Shown here one piece after another: positions 1 to 12,480 of a DNA stretch of 64,000 nucleotides. Under the pieces are notes generated by a model. It did not search any database, was not told where the DNA came from, and was given only the letters and a program-made list of their open reading frames with translations. Location: positions 1,626 through 65,625 of the forward strand of contig NW_021824831.1 of NCBI RefSeq assembly GCF_006345805.1, written 5' to 3'. This DNA is from Octopus sinensis. Lineage: Eukaryota. Numbering within the stretch: position 1 is the first letter of the stretch; each line of letters begins with the position of its first letter. Both the position numbers and the translations under genes were made by a program.

Positions 1-325
1 AATTGTTGGTTTCATATATGGATCACGCTTATGCAGTGCTAATAAAAAATGAGTGTTCACTCTGACAAAATTTGTTCATAAGTATATTTTATTAGACTTG
101 AATTTTTTGCGAATGGAGGTTTTATACTTAATTATACAGCTTTTTGCTATCAAATATCCAGAACATGCTGTCAAACGTTCGTATGTGGTATCAGATAAGC
201 GAACTGTAATAACAAACATCATTATTGTGGCAACAAATATCAGAACTGTGATGCCAAGCATCATTATTGTAATATCAAATATCCATATTGCAATATTAAT
301 GGCAAAATTAAGTGTCTACATAATA

Positions 326-2181
326 CAGTCAACCCTCTTTATATAGTGAACCCTTCTCTATAGTGAAACAGGCCATTTTAATGCAATCTACAATAACAAA
401 TATTATAATTCTCATTAATATATTTATTATAAAATGGAATACACGTTAAAAATGTATAATATCATTTATTTAAATATTTTTGTGTTCACTATTAAAGAAT
501 AGTGAACGTCAAATTTTTGTGAACATAAAAATATTAAATTTAATATTTTTACATATATATTTAAAAACCTTTAAAATGAATAAACTACACGTTCTACAGT
601 TGTTAGCATGGTGGAAAATCGAAAACGCCTGTCATTTTTTCAAAAGAAGAAAATAATCGAATTTTATCATAAAAATAGACATTACACACAGCGCGATTTA
701 TCCCTTTATTTCAATGTTTCTCTGGGCTGCATAAACAAAATTTTGAAAAATTCTGAAGGAATACTTAATGTTCAAGATGACCAAAAAAAGAAGAAAATTT
801 ACTTGCCCAAGTCTCAACCATTCGACAGAGATCTATTTGAATGGTTCGTTAAAAAACGATCATTTGGATTTACAATCAATGAATATCTTTGAAGTCCATG
901 TCTCTAAAAATGGCGAAAGTTTGTAATATTCAAGGATTTCAAGCATCAAATGGATGGTTTGAGAAATTTAAAAATCGATATTGCATTGCTTCCCGTGCTT
1001 TATGTGGGGAAAATCAATTTGTTGAAACCTCTGTGATTGAAAATTTTACAGAAAGTCTCAATAGAAAATTAGAACAATATTGTTCAAAAAATATTTTTAA
1101 TTTGGACGAAACTGGATTGTTTTTTAAACTTTTGTCGAACAGAACATTAACTGTTGACTCGGACAAAAATCTGTCTAATAAACTGATAAAAGAAAGAGTA
1201 ACTGTTATGTTTTGCGTTAGTATGATGAGAGAAAAACTTGACCCATTTGTTATTGGAAAAAAATCCACGCTGCTTTAAAGGAAGAAGAAATTTAATTAAT
1301 AATTTACAAGTGGAATACAAATCAAATAAAAAAGCATGGATGACATATGGTTATTTCTCAGAATGGCTCATAGAATTGAACAAAAAAATGATTTTGCAAA
1401 AAAGAAAAATTCTAATTCTACTTGATAATGCGACTGTACACTCACGTGATTTAGAGTTCAGTAACATCGAACTCTTTTTTCCCTCCAAATACAACATCGA
1501 AGTTACAACCCCTTGATCAAGGAATAATAAAATCATTCAAAGACAGGTATAGACAACTCCTATGTGCACACTGGATTGAATTTTATACTAATGATGACAA
1601 TGTAGATCACGAAAAAGTTACGGAAAAGTTGAAGAAATTCACTCTATTGAATTGCTTGATATTCATAAATCAAGCTTGGTTAGAAGTGTCGGAATTAACA
1701 ATTAAAAATTGTTTCAAGAAAGCATTTGAAAATGCGCTAATACAGAACCTGACAGAAATAGAAGAAATAGATGATGAAAATTTTTTGATTCATGAAAATG
1801 ATCAAATTGACGACGAAAACTTTATACAAAACTTTGCGAGAAAACTAAAACAGCAAGACCAAGTTGAAGAGGAAGATGAAAAAATTTATGTTCCGACACT
1901 ATATAAAGCTAGTGAATATGCGAAGGCGCTTGAATTATGGTTTCTTGAGAATGATTATGAACAAAGAGGAAAAGTATACGAAATACAAAAAATTTTAAGA
2001 AATTATCAAACTAATCATTCTCAAAAAAATCATCGATTACATGATTAAAATCTCCAAATAATCTTTGTAATTATACTTTAATATTGTTTACTGTTATTTT
2101 GATTCCTTTTGTTCACTATAGACAATAGTGAACATGATGTTTTGACGTGGACATTTTGTTCATTATAGAGAGGGTTGACTG
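326..2181 (+). mobile_element. Tigger/pogo-like DNA transposon, full length, frameshifted transposase
   Basis: TA-flanked TIRs CAGTCAACCCTCT at 326 and AGAGGGTTGACTG ending 2181. ORF pieces 608-2048 give HTH, CENP-B HTH (FQASNGWFEKFKNR), DETGLF and the DDE motif KRKILILLDNATVH...QPLDQGII. Confidence 0.93.
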
Positions 2182-2429
2182 TATAAATAAATTTTTCCTT
2201 CAAAATGAATACTTTTTGTGTTAGTCAAGCATATAATAAAACAAATTTCGAAGCCAAAATGAGAATTATATCTGCTCATGAAAATGCGAATTGGCATACT
2301 GTAGCGAAATCGAATAGAGTTAAGCTAAATAAAATAAGTAAATACAAAATTTTTTACAACCTAATAAAAAACGTGGAGGATTTAGATGATCCAAAATCAC
2401 AGAAAATATCGTGAACTAAATGTTTACAT

Positions 2430-2830
2430 GGACAATTATTTACAATCTAAGAGGATCCATCACCAGGGCAAAGATTTGAGGTGACAAGGAATCACCCTGG
2501 AGTATGCCTCTTTCCAATTTTACCTCTCCGATTTTATTATGATTAAGAATTAGCTTTATTCTCCACTTTGTTACAAGGTTCTTCACAAAATTCACAATCC
2601 AGCAAGGGAGTCCTGATTTTTCAACACCTGTAACAGAAAGTCGTAATCTACCGAATCAAATGCTTTTTTACATCAATCCAAGTAGAAAACAAATTATTTC
2701 CGTTTTGCTTGTGAATGCACCGGTTAAGAATTGCTTGTTCCTTTGCCCCTTGACACATCCGCTGAGTTCCCAATTGATTATCAGCAATCAGATTATATGC
2801 CTCAATATAATTTCTCTAACTTCCTGAATA
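2430..2830 (-). mobile_element. Degenerate R4/NeSL-type non-LTR reverse transcriptase fragment
   Basis: Minus strand reads TWIDVKK(fs)AFDSVD and RGILQGDSLSPQIFAL, the same family as the elements at 16280 and 20205. Confidence 0.75.
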
Positions 2831-3089
2831 TGTAGCGGAAAAAACAGTTGAGTGGTCAGACTGTGGAGAATGAGAAGAAGATGACTGGAGTAGAAGGCGT
2901 AACAGTCCAAGTCTCGAAATATTTATTTCAAGAGATCGTGTAATATTCGCCAAATTGGAAGGCCCCAGGCTGCGATGGTGTGTATAATTTCTTCCTGAAG
3001 AAGTTCATATCACAGTCAATCTTCAAACAGATGCTTAATTTGGTTTTACACAGGGGTGACACATCTTAAATTGAACATCCGGTGTCCCC

Positions 3090-3480
3090 AAAAGGCTCTA
3101 TAAATTGATGACTAAATTTGTAAATACCAAGCTTGGCGATTTTGTGGGAGCTTCCGGCTTTTTCTCTGAAAATCAACTGGGAACAAAGCAGGTGTGTCAG
3201 GGGGCAAAAGAACAAGCATTAGTGAACAAAGAGTTAAACAAAGCGAATGGCTATAAACTCCATGCTGCATGGATCGAAGTCAAAAAAGCATTTGATTCAG
3301 TAGATCACGTTTTTCTGATACAGATTTGGGAAAAGTCTTGTCAAGTTTGTTGAATTGATGGCTACCCGATGGAGAGTAAAACTAAGGCTAAATGGCAAGA
3401 ACATTCGAGATGTACGCATCGAGAGGAAGATAGTTTGTCCCACATGCTATTTATCTTTGTATTAGACCCCTTGAGCCATT
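3090..3480 (+). mobile_element. Degenerate R4/NeSL-type RT fragment
   Basis: ORF 3105-3353: SENQLGTKQVCQGAKEQALVN...WIEVKKAFDSVDH. Confidence 0.8.
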
Positions 3481-6099
3481 TATTATCTCACAAAATATAA
3501 TTATGTGTTTAATTAAGTTAATTTTGCTTGATTAAAGGACTCTTTGGATATAGAGATGCCTCTTCGGAAGTCGTATTTTGTTTTATTGGAAACCAGCAAT
3601 GTCAAATAGCACGTGTTTTTTTCTCTGTAATCGAGGTCAGACCTCTGACACATTGCTGGTTGTTTCAAAGGGTTTAATTCATTAATAGAGACACTTTTGG
3701 AGTAAAAATCATTAAAATTAACTGAAAATATTATTAAAAAATAAAAATCTTAGATATAACCACATAATTTATTTATTTAAAAATGCATAAAATAATTATT
3801 ATTTAAGGCAAATATTTAATTAAAATGGGGAATAAGTTATACACGAATTAATAAAGAGCCTGGAGGTCAGCTCAAAGTCGCCGCACTGCGTATCGAGTGG
3901 CAGTTTCCGCGGAGCACTGCGACCGAGATTCGCTGGAAGAGCCAGCTCGTCTCCCTCCGGTCGAAAAAAAATGATTATTATTATTATTTAATAACAAAAA
4001 ATTCCAGTGGTGTAATAATAAAAAAAGACAAAGTACTAAATTTTTGTTAAATCGAAACAGGACAGCGAAAGCAAAAAAAACAGCAGTGCTAAAAAGGCGA
4101 CCCCTCCAATCACCGGGAGACTACAATCAACGGGGAATGTGGCCACAGATGAGGTCACAAATACGATCACCCCGAAAAGAAACTAATGATTTAAATAGAA
4201 ATGCAATAAAAGTAACAAAACAAATTAGAAATAATTATTCCGATGGCCAACATTCTTGGCGAAGTCAAATTCCCTATAGATGATATCCAAAGCATAGTTG
4301 AGAGGGAAAACAGGCACCTTAAGCCCCTCCAGTTGCATGACCACTACACATCACCCTCAATACCCACATTTATTCATCGATCCCTCTTCAATACTCTCCT
4401 TAATACAGTCCTCCGAATAACCCTCCTCCTTCTCATCCTGGGACACCCTCTCCTCCACTCGATGGTCGACCACACTCCAGCCCACGTTTCGAGGCACACT
4501 AATTATAACAACAAACACAAACTTTCTTGCCGCACAGTTATGATCATCGATACTGGATTTAATCACGTGCCCGTCTACAACACAAATCAATCAAACAACC
4601 GTAATTTGATCTATAAAGGCGTCCATTGGGGCAGCTCAATCCCGAATTTGTTTCCCCACCTGTTGTATCTTGAAGGAAATTCTACAAATCATCCCCCAAC
4701 AATCTACATTGCGTATTTGAGAGGCGCACAACTCATTACGAGGTTCCTCATTGACAGATAGCCTTTAAAATAAGAGGAATGAATACTCTGACATTAAACT
4801 GTCGACAACCGGCTCTTTACAAACCACGGGGACAGTGGCACTATCGATTGAGTAAGATTATTACGTGCAGTCTGCATGATCCACGTGCCTTTTTTCGGCT
4901 TTAGTGACGTCCCAGGCATTGTGAAGTGACTGCCTTTGCGGGGATGAACTGAGTTCTGCTGGATTTTGTGTGAATAAAAGACGTTTATGGTTTTGTGTTT
5001 GGGCGGGTGATTGGGGATGGATTGGATGTCTCGGGGAAGAGTAGTGGCTTAGGGAGTCGTCCGGATGTGGAAACTCGGGGATTGCCGCGAATATTTCGAT
5101 TATTTGTATATGTTCGGTTTTCTATGATGAAATGACAAGAGACCGCTACCGTTTGGATTATGGTTCCTTTTATTTTCAGTATTTCTCATTCTATAATAAT
5201 ATTAATTATTATTTATCTTAGCTAGCATAATATTTAGTCACATTAAACACACCACAAACAACTTGACTAAACCTGCAAATTTATTGACAAAAGCGCATGT
5301 ACTTGATTTTAAATAAATAATAAAGTTATTTTATATTTATTATAATATAATAAAATCTACTATTTATCAAACTTGAATATTTTTATTACATTGAAAGTCT
5401 CAAACTACGGGTAACAACCTGTTCTTTATAACAAGTGTGTATTAAAAATAAAAAATATTATTTGAAACAAACGCCAAATCTGGACGCAACCAAATTTATG
5501 CCATTGCTAGAACAGCTGAATTCCAGGAATATTTTCCAACGCATATCAAATTAATTGCCATTCCATCTTTTTCTCTGCTGCTATTTAAATACTAAATAAT
5601 TATTTGACCAACTGTAGCCTTTTATGGTCTTATAAACTCAAATGACCAGAATGCGACTGAAGTCTGATCAAAGGTGTGATTTTTCTTGATCATGGCTAGA
5701 AAAGGTATTTGTTTATCCGTTTTATTTTTTAATTATTGTGGGCCTAAACCGTTAGGCTAGTCGAGCTTTTAATGAGACATATGTTTTTATCTTTGCAGTT
5801 TTAACCGTACCCTAATCATTCTACTTCAAGTGAGATTTTCTACTACTTCTCGACCGAATTATTAAAACAATATTTTCAGACCGAGTCAATCATGTGACAA
5901 AAACAACATCCATATTATCTATAGATAGACTTACCACTTTATTATTCCAAAAATTAAAATCCGGGTAATCATCGTCTTCTTCCTAATACAAAGGTAATGA
6001 ATCCCTTCTTCCTAATACAAAGGTAATGAATCCCCATTTTGCAGACTATTGGCTCGCCTATATGGCCAAATTTCTATGAACCCTTTCCGAGCATGATCT

Positions 6100-6950
6100 A
6101 CAAATGCACTGTTAGTGAATATTCTCGATGGAATATAATTAGACAAAGTTAGACCACTATTTAAAAGTAGATATCTTTAGTCAACGTGGAGACCATTTGA
6201 GGGACCTGTTTTTTAGCACCAAAAATCCCCTCCGCGTTCGATTCAAACTCAAATGTAACCAAATGTGAAGCGCGGGAAACAATTTTCACCAAATCCAACT
6301 CTCCACAAAACTCCGCCACACACGCACAAAACGCCTGAATAAACCACGACTTGTGCAAGAATTCCTCCACGAAAAGTACCCCAAATCTCCCACCCCCACA
6401 AACTTTCAACCGTCGAATAAACAGTCAAAAAATCAGCTTCGGACGGAATTCTGCTAGTCGTTGCAGAACTGTCGATTGTGTCGTAAGCTTCCGCGGCCTT
6501 CATCAGCCGGTCTCCCCGACTTGCCTCAAATACCCAAATAAACCCATCTGAATCACAAAACCTTCGGTTTACCCGCCAAAGTTGCACATACGTCAACCTT
6601 AAATGGCTCGAGGAGACTGGTGAGTAAGAGAGGCCCATCCACCCCGTAAACGTAGGATGAATTTCCGTGGGACAAAACAGTTCAAAAAACATGTCGCAGT
6701 CCTTGTGGTCACTAACGAAACTATCCACTCAAAAAACGGAAACCACCTTGATTGCACAATTTTTTCATATTACAAGCGGTGACATTGTTGAAGACTTTTA
6801 CGTGTTTTGTCGAATCCTATCGGGCCAACGAGTTGTTGTACAGACTTTGGGCATCCTGGTCACTGCCCTTTTGTGATGGCATGTGGGTCTCTGAGTTAAA
6901 GTCACGGTTGTTGATTATTAAGGCATATCCGCGGGATTTGTGATTCATTT
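6100..6950 (-). mobile_element. Decayed APE-type LINE remnant (endonuclease region, possible upstream zinc knuckle)
   Basis: ORF 6249-6728 begins FVSDHKDCDMFFELFCPTEIH, resembling the start of an APE domain. A broken C..K-G...CP-like motif lies near 6860-6890. Heavily degraded. Confidence 0.4.
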
Positions 6951-7459
6951 TATACTTTACTGTTATTTCTGGAATTTTCCTTAGTTATGGAAGGAGGAAT
7001 GTAACTTTATTGAGTTTTGGATATCTAGAATGTTGGTGGATGACTTGGTGGTGAAATTGTCGATCTCGTCTCCCTTCAAGTCGGAGAAATCTATTTTTGT
7101 TGTATTTTTAAATACCGCAGTCATCATCACTATCATCACACATAATGAATCACAAAACAATAAAGAATAGTAATAATAACTTATATATGAACAATTAATG
7201 CATTTGTTGGCAAATACTAATTAATCAACAACCTGATATTAACAGTCAACTCAATAGATCATGTCAATTACAGTCCTCTTTGAATACTTCCTCTCCTTTT
7301 TCAAGTGGGTGACAGACGTCGGACTAATCTATACCATTTCAGGTTTAAAGTGGAACTTATCAAAAGCAAAGTGGAACAATAAAATTATTTAATAAACTTT
7401 TTTTTAACACTCAGTTTTTAGTAAGATTATAAGTTAATAAATTAATTGAAGGAAAATGA

Positions 7460-7620
7460 GTAGAGAGATAGACGAGAGCATTCTCGCCTACACCGACGAC
7501 CATTGGATCACGTGATCAAGACCTCTCGAAAGCTTTCAAAAGAGCACAAGATCTCTTATTACAAATTCGAACTTGGCTATATCAAAACAGAATGAACATC
7601 TCCCCCGAAAAATCGTCCAC
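7460..7620 (+). mobile_element. Short LINE RT fragment
   Basis: ILAYTDD...LLLQIRTWLYQNRMNISPEKS matches the YADD motif and the following RT segment. Confidence 0.65.
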
Positions 7621-8280
7621 TACCTTATTTACGTCGGAGAAAATGAAAGTACAAAAAAGAAATATAGCCATGGTCCTTGACAATTATGCTGCGCATCAAA
7701 AAGATGCTGGAAAAAAATTATCAAATAATAGATTAGTATTTCATCCCACCAAACACACCCGCATTCATTCAGCCATGTGATATGGCGATCACAAAAAGTC
7801 TAAAGCACAACTACAGATTAGCATTTTTACAAAGAGTGACTGCCATAATTGATTCATACGATGCTTGTATCAAATCCGTTGTGAATTCTATCACTCTCTT
7901 TGCTGCACTACACGTGCTCAAAATGGTTTGGAGAATAGTCAAAATAACAACAATTTACTTGGAGAGGAGTCAAAAATAACAACTATTTCAGTTAAGCTGG
8001 ATTCCATCAGGAAGTCGACGAAGATATATTCTATGTAGAAGTCGGGGAAGAATTTAGTAATAATGAAAATGAAATAGCGATGGATGTTGCTAATGAGGAC
8101 GACGAATGTATCGGAATTATGTCCGATGATGAAATATGTTTAATGTCAAGAGATATTTCCTGCGAAGACGATGAGGAAGAAATTATTGATTTTTTCAATA
8201 TCAGATAATTGTATATACTATTAGTAACAGCAAAAAGGAATACATCAAGAAAACTTTCTTTAATTGACTTTTTTCAATTT
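7615..8280 (+). mobile_element. Tigger/pogo transposase C-terminal remnant
   Basis: KMKVQKRNIAMVLDNYAAH, a frameshifted QPCDMAITKSLKHNYR, and an acidic tail. Confidence 0.7.
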
Positions 8281-8471
8281 TTTTAAGTTACTTATAATTT
8301 ACGGCATTTGTTCATATTTGTATTATAAGAATTAAAATAATTTTATCGTATTATTTATTTATTGTATTTTTTCTAAAATTTTGTAACAGCAAAATGTAAT
8401 ATTTTTTGATTTTTAAAAAATTTCTGTGGATTCCTGTTGTGTACATGATAAATAAATAATAACTTATAGAA

Positions 8472-9185
8472 ATGAAACTGACTTCAAATAAAATAGCACA
8501 AATGATTTCATTAAAAAATGCCGGTTTCAAGCAAAAACATATTGCATCTATTCTGCACGTTTGCCAATCAAAAATTTCGAAACAAATAAAAAAATGTCTT
8601 TAAGCAATACAAAGGTACCCAGAAAAAGCAGTGGTGGTCATAATATTTATTCTGAAAAAATTTCAAACATGATTTGTTATGAAATTGAACAAATTGTCAC
8701 TTAGGAAAATTTCTATTAAAATGAAAAATGAGAGAAACTTATCAATTAGTCATATGACAATTAAAAGAATTTTGAACAAGAAAAAAATATACCCACAAAC
8801 CAATAAAAAAACCATTGCTAACACCACGAATAATTAAATTACGTAATGAAGCAGCATGAAAATGGATTCAATATGATGAAAAAAAACTTAAGAGCATTAT
8901 TTTTTCAGATGAATGTAAATTCAACATTTTCTACACCAATGGAAAGCCTTTTGTTTGGCGAAAACGCAATAAAAAGTTAGAACCCCAAAATATTTTACCT
9001 ACTGTAAAACATGGTGGTGGCAGTTTGGGCTTGTTTCTCATATTATGGCGTCGGCAAATTAGTTTTTATTGACGGTATAATGGACAAATATATTGATATT
9101 TTATCAAGGAATTTGTTTTCTTATGCGGAAAAAATGCAGCTTGATGAATTTGTGTTCCAACAGGATAACGATCCTAAACAAATGT
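8472..9185 (+). mobile_element. Tc1-like transposase remnant
   Basis: IFSDECKFN, VWRKRN, PTVKHGGGS, VFIDGIMDK and FVFQQDNDPK across frameshifts. TIRs not identified. Confidence 0.85.
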
Positions 9186-9204
9186 TATGATTTTCCGTGA
9201 ACAA

Positions 9205-9760
9205 ATGTTATGCAATTTACCGATTTCTACTGTAATACAAAATCAAATGGAGTATTATCTTTCTGAATAGAAAATAAAATTAATTTTAAATTAGCACAAA
9301 TTTGTTTTATGATGCACATCTTGCAAAAATTTGCGACAATTTTGGATTTATAAAACTAGAAGACATCCTCTCTTTTCGCAGAATGAAAAAATTAAATGCA
9401 TCACTACAAGACCTAGTATCCGCAGTTTCAAGTAAAATAAGGTTTTTAAAATTTTAGACTCATCGTTTTTGATATTCGAGCCAACAGAACCAAAACCCGA
9501 GGATTCATTTGTTCGATTATTATTGATATTTGTGGAGATTTTGAAGACACAAATATAGATACTGAACACGTATTGTTGTGTTTATTAATCAATAGAAACT
9601 CTGGGAACATATTCTCACTCCTCGGAATGTTTAATAGTGTATAAATGCAAAACCTTTATTAATTCTTCCGGGATTGAATTCCTAACAGGATTATAGATAC
9701 TCGAAAGTGCGCGAAAAATTTTGAAAATACTGGTGATTAATATAAAATAAAAATAACATT
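9205..9760 (+). pseudogene. Unprocessed La-motif (LAM) protein pseudogene, La/LARP family
   Basis: Spliced reading VIQNQMEYYLSD|TNLFYDAHLAKICDNFGFIKLEDILSFRRMKKLNASLQDLVSAVS|NSSFLIFEP(fs)NRTKTRG fits the La motif. Introns: 9267-9294 (donor AT instead of GT), 9432-9457, 9570-9595. There is a 1-nt frameshift near 9483 and downstream stops. Confidence 0.7.
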
Positions 9761-12480
9761 TTCAAGCGAAAAATACAAATCTAGTGGTTTTAACAAATTA
9801 TGAATTTAAAATAACGGGATTTAAAAAGACAACCCCAGTATTTAAAATCCGCAAAACACAAAATTTGAAAAATCGAATGAATAAAATGATATATTAATAT
9901 CTTATTTTCCATAAAATATCCCAATATAATATAATCAAAAAGCAAATGTACACATATAACAACCACAACAAGAAACTGCATTCCACGCTTTAATTATTAT
10001 TAGAAGTTCAATTCTGTTAAGACTATCCAGTTCAAAAATAATTCATATATTATTTATTAAATATATTTTATTGTTATTGATTGTGGATTGCGTAATAAAG
10101 CAGGAAATATGTCAAGTTAGATTAGTTAAGAGAGGCTGTACTCGATTGGCTGTGTCTAATCTGGTGGACAGGAAATTGTAAACTACAGATAATCTACGAG
10201 ACATATATAACTGAGAGATTCTTGCCCAAAACGAGCATTTTGAAATAAGGGAAAAAAAGTGATCGTATCCTAAGTAAGCGAAGTAGTTCTCTGTAGTACA
10301 CCGTGCTAACTATGATCGTCTAATTGGGACTAGTTTTAATCAGTTTAAATATATTACAAGGATTGCAGTATTTACTGTGAATAAAAAGGGTGTTATTAGA
10401 TAGAGTTAGAAATTGTCAGTTAGTAGTGGGGGTCTCCTTATTGGGGAGGTTGTGTGATGTGACTGGCATAGTTCCCCCAATGAGGAATCTATAACCGTCG
10501 ACTAATCCCCAGAAGGTGTATAACTTTTAAATTAGAACAAAGACTACCAGCACAAAAAGAAGGACAGTGAGATAAATATAGAAGGCGGCCTCTATTTCGA
10601 GGAGGGAGGGAAGGTGGGAGAAAAGAACAGACCTAAGCTGGAAGAGTGTGCCGATTGGGTAGCCGTATTGAATAAAGACAAAGACGATTGATATCAAGTG
10701 GGAGATAATTTGAGGAATAAGAAAGTGCGCGCGTCTCTAAGTAACGTTGAACAGGTCAATCGAAAAACCTTGGAGACTCCAATCAACATGACAATGCTAC
10801 TTGCCAGACTGTAGAGTCCAAGAAGCATTTTTATGATTTTGAGAGTGATGATAGGAGTCGTGAAAAAAGACAACAGGGGCATGCTGTAAATGTCAAAGTA
10901 AAAATAAAAGTAGGTGAGAGAAGGAACTGGAATTTCAACTCCAAACAAAATGATGCGCACAAAAGCTTCCAACTAAACTGTGGAGACAATTTTTACAATA
11001 GCGAAGATGACATAGACCTTTAAGAAGGTCATAATATGCATAAAGAGGTGTCGTTCTTTGCTTAGAAATTTCATTAGTACACTCCCAAAATGTATTAGTT
11101 TTTGAAAGTGTTGGTATGCCGATTATACACTAAACATAAACACTCAATTAATAAAAAAAATTGATTATGCGGATAGAGTAGTACTAAGGACCCTTAAAAA
11201 ATCCTTGTAACAATCTGAAAATGTATTAGTCTGAAAGAGCGGTGGTGTGTCAGTTACACAACAAACAGAAACAGTAAATTGATAAAGGAACTGAGAGTGA
11301 AGGGAAGAGTATAAAGGATAAATTCCCCTAATATTGAATGAGGCACTGTCGAGCGGACTCTCGTTGTAAAGATAAAACATTGCTGTTAGTACATTCTGGC
11401 TTGAGAAGGACTTTAGAAAAAAAGGAAAAACGCTTCCTGTTTTCCTTAATGGCGGAAAAATGTGTTCTGAACAGTTTTTTTAGGACCAAGTCCTTATCAA
11501 TGAGACTGTCGACGCCTTGCGGGCTCGGAGAAAATGACAAAAACAAAAGTCAAGGGGACGGGAGCGAAAACGTGGTGACTTCTACCCAAACTAAAAAAAC
11601 TCGTCAAAGTTAGTCTTGTCTAAAATGTGGTCGACTATGTCTACAAAAATGACATTCCTGTACAGGAAAACTCATGAAGACTATTCACCAAATTTATCAA
11701 AATCGTATCTCATCATTATGCTAAATGGCATTTTGCAAAATGTCTCTATAATCGCTCAGTAACCGCTAGCAGCCAACAATATATTTTGAGATTCAGTGGG
11801 CCAAAAAGTCATGGCACTATTTGATAATTTTAAATATTTTACATACTTACCCATAAAATTTAAACCGATGGGAGAAATCTAAAAAACTTTTTTCACAAGG
11901 AAGAAAAGCAATTTTTTGTTATTAAACCAAGGAAATATATTAAACCAAGGAAATAGATTAGTTGCTGAGCGGATGAACATGCAATTTCCACATAATATCG
12001 TAAGCGATATCCATTGAAAAAGGCAGCTCGTTTCACGGCTGTCGTGACTGCTCCTCAAAATGATTAAAGCAACAAAGGTCGACCAAAAAAGCATACTTTG
12101 CAATTTTTATAGTTTGAGCAAAAGCGGAAGGAGATCCAGAAAAAGAAGCGGAGTTTATAAGCAAGGAAAACGAGTCGACACAGGTTGCATCCTATACGAG
12201 GGAAAGTCCCATTTTGAACGGGAACAATGTAGACCCGTAAGGACGTTTTCCGTTTTCACGGTCTAGTTCGACTGGTTCCAGTACTGAAGGGAATCCAGCG
12301 ACGTTAAGTGTGCCCCTAACGACATAACATCATTTACTGAGACGACAAAAGTGCGAGTGTAATCACCTCCTGTTAAAAGTTCGCCACACATGCAATTAAA
12401 TATTGAATATAGCTATTTATATATGGAAGAGTGTAGATAAATCAATAATTTTAATTAAAAATTTTCAAGATACAGTAGAC

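Noticed and set aside
4044-4761. ORFs of 79 and 172 aa
   Set aside because: No recognisable motif, no intron structure and no ATG-supported gene model. Probably the opposite strand of decayed retroelement sequence.
5976-6033. Perfect 29-bp tandem duplication
   Set aside because: Two copies only, inside decayed TE sequence; an ordinary slippage event.
10090-12400. Possible LTR/gag or DNA-transposon remnants
   Set aside because: Elevated GC and short ORFs, but no diagnostic motif, TIR, LTR pair or TSD could be established.
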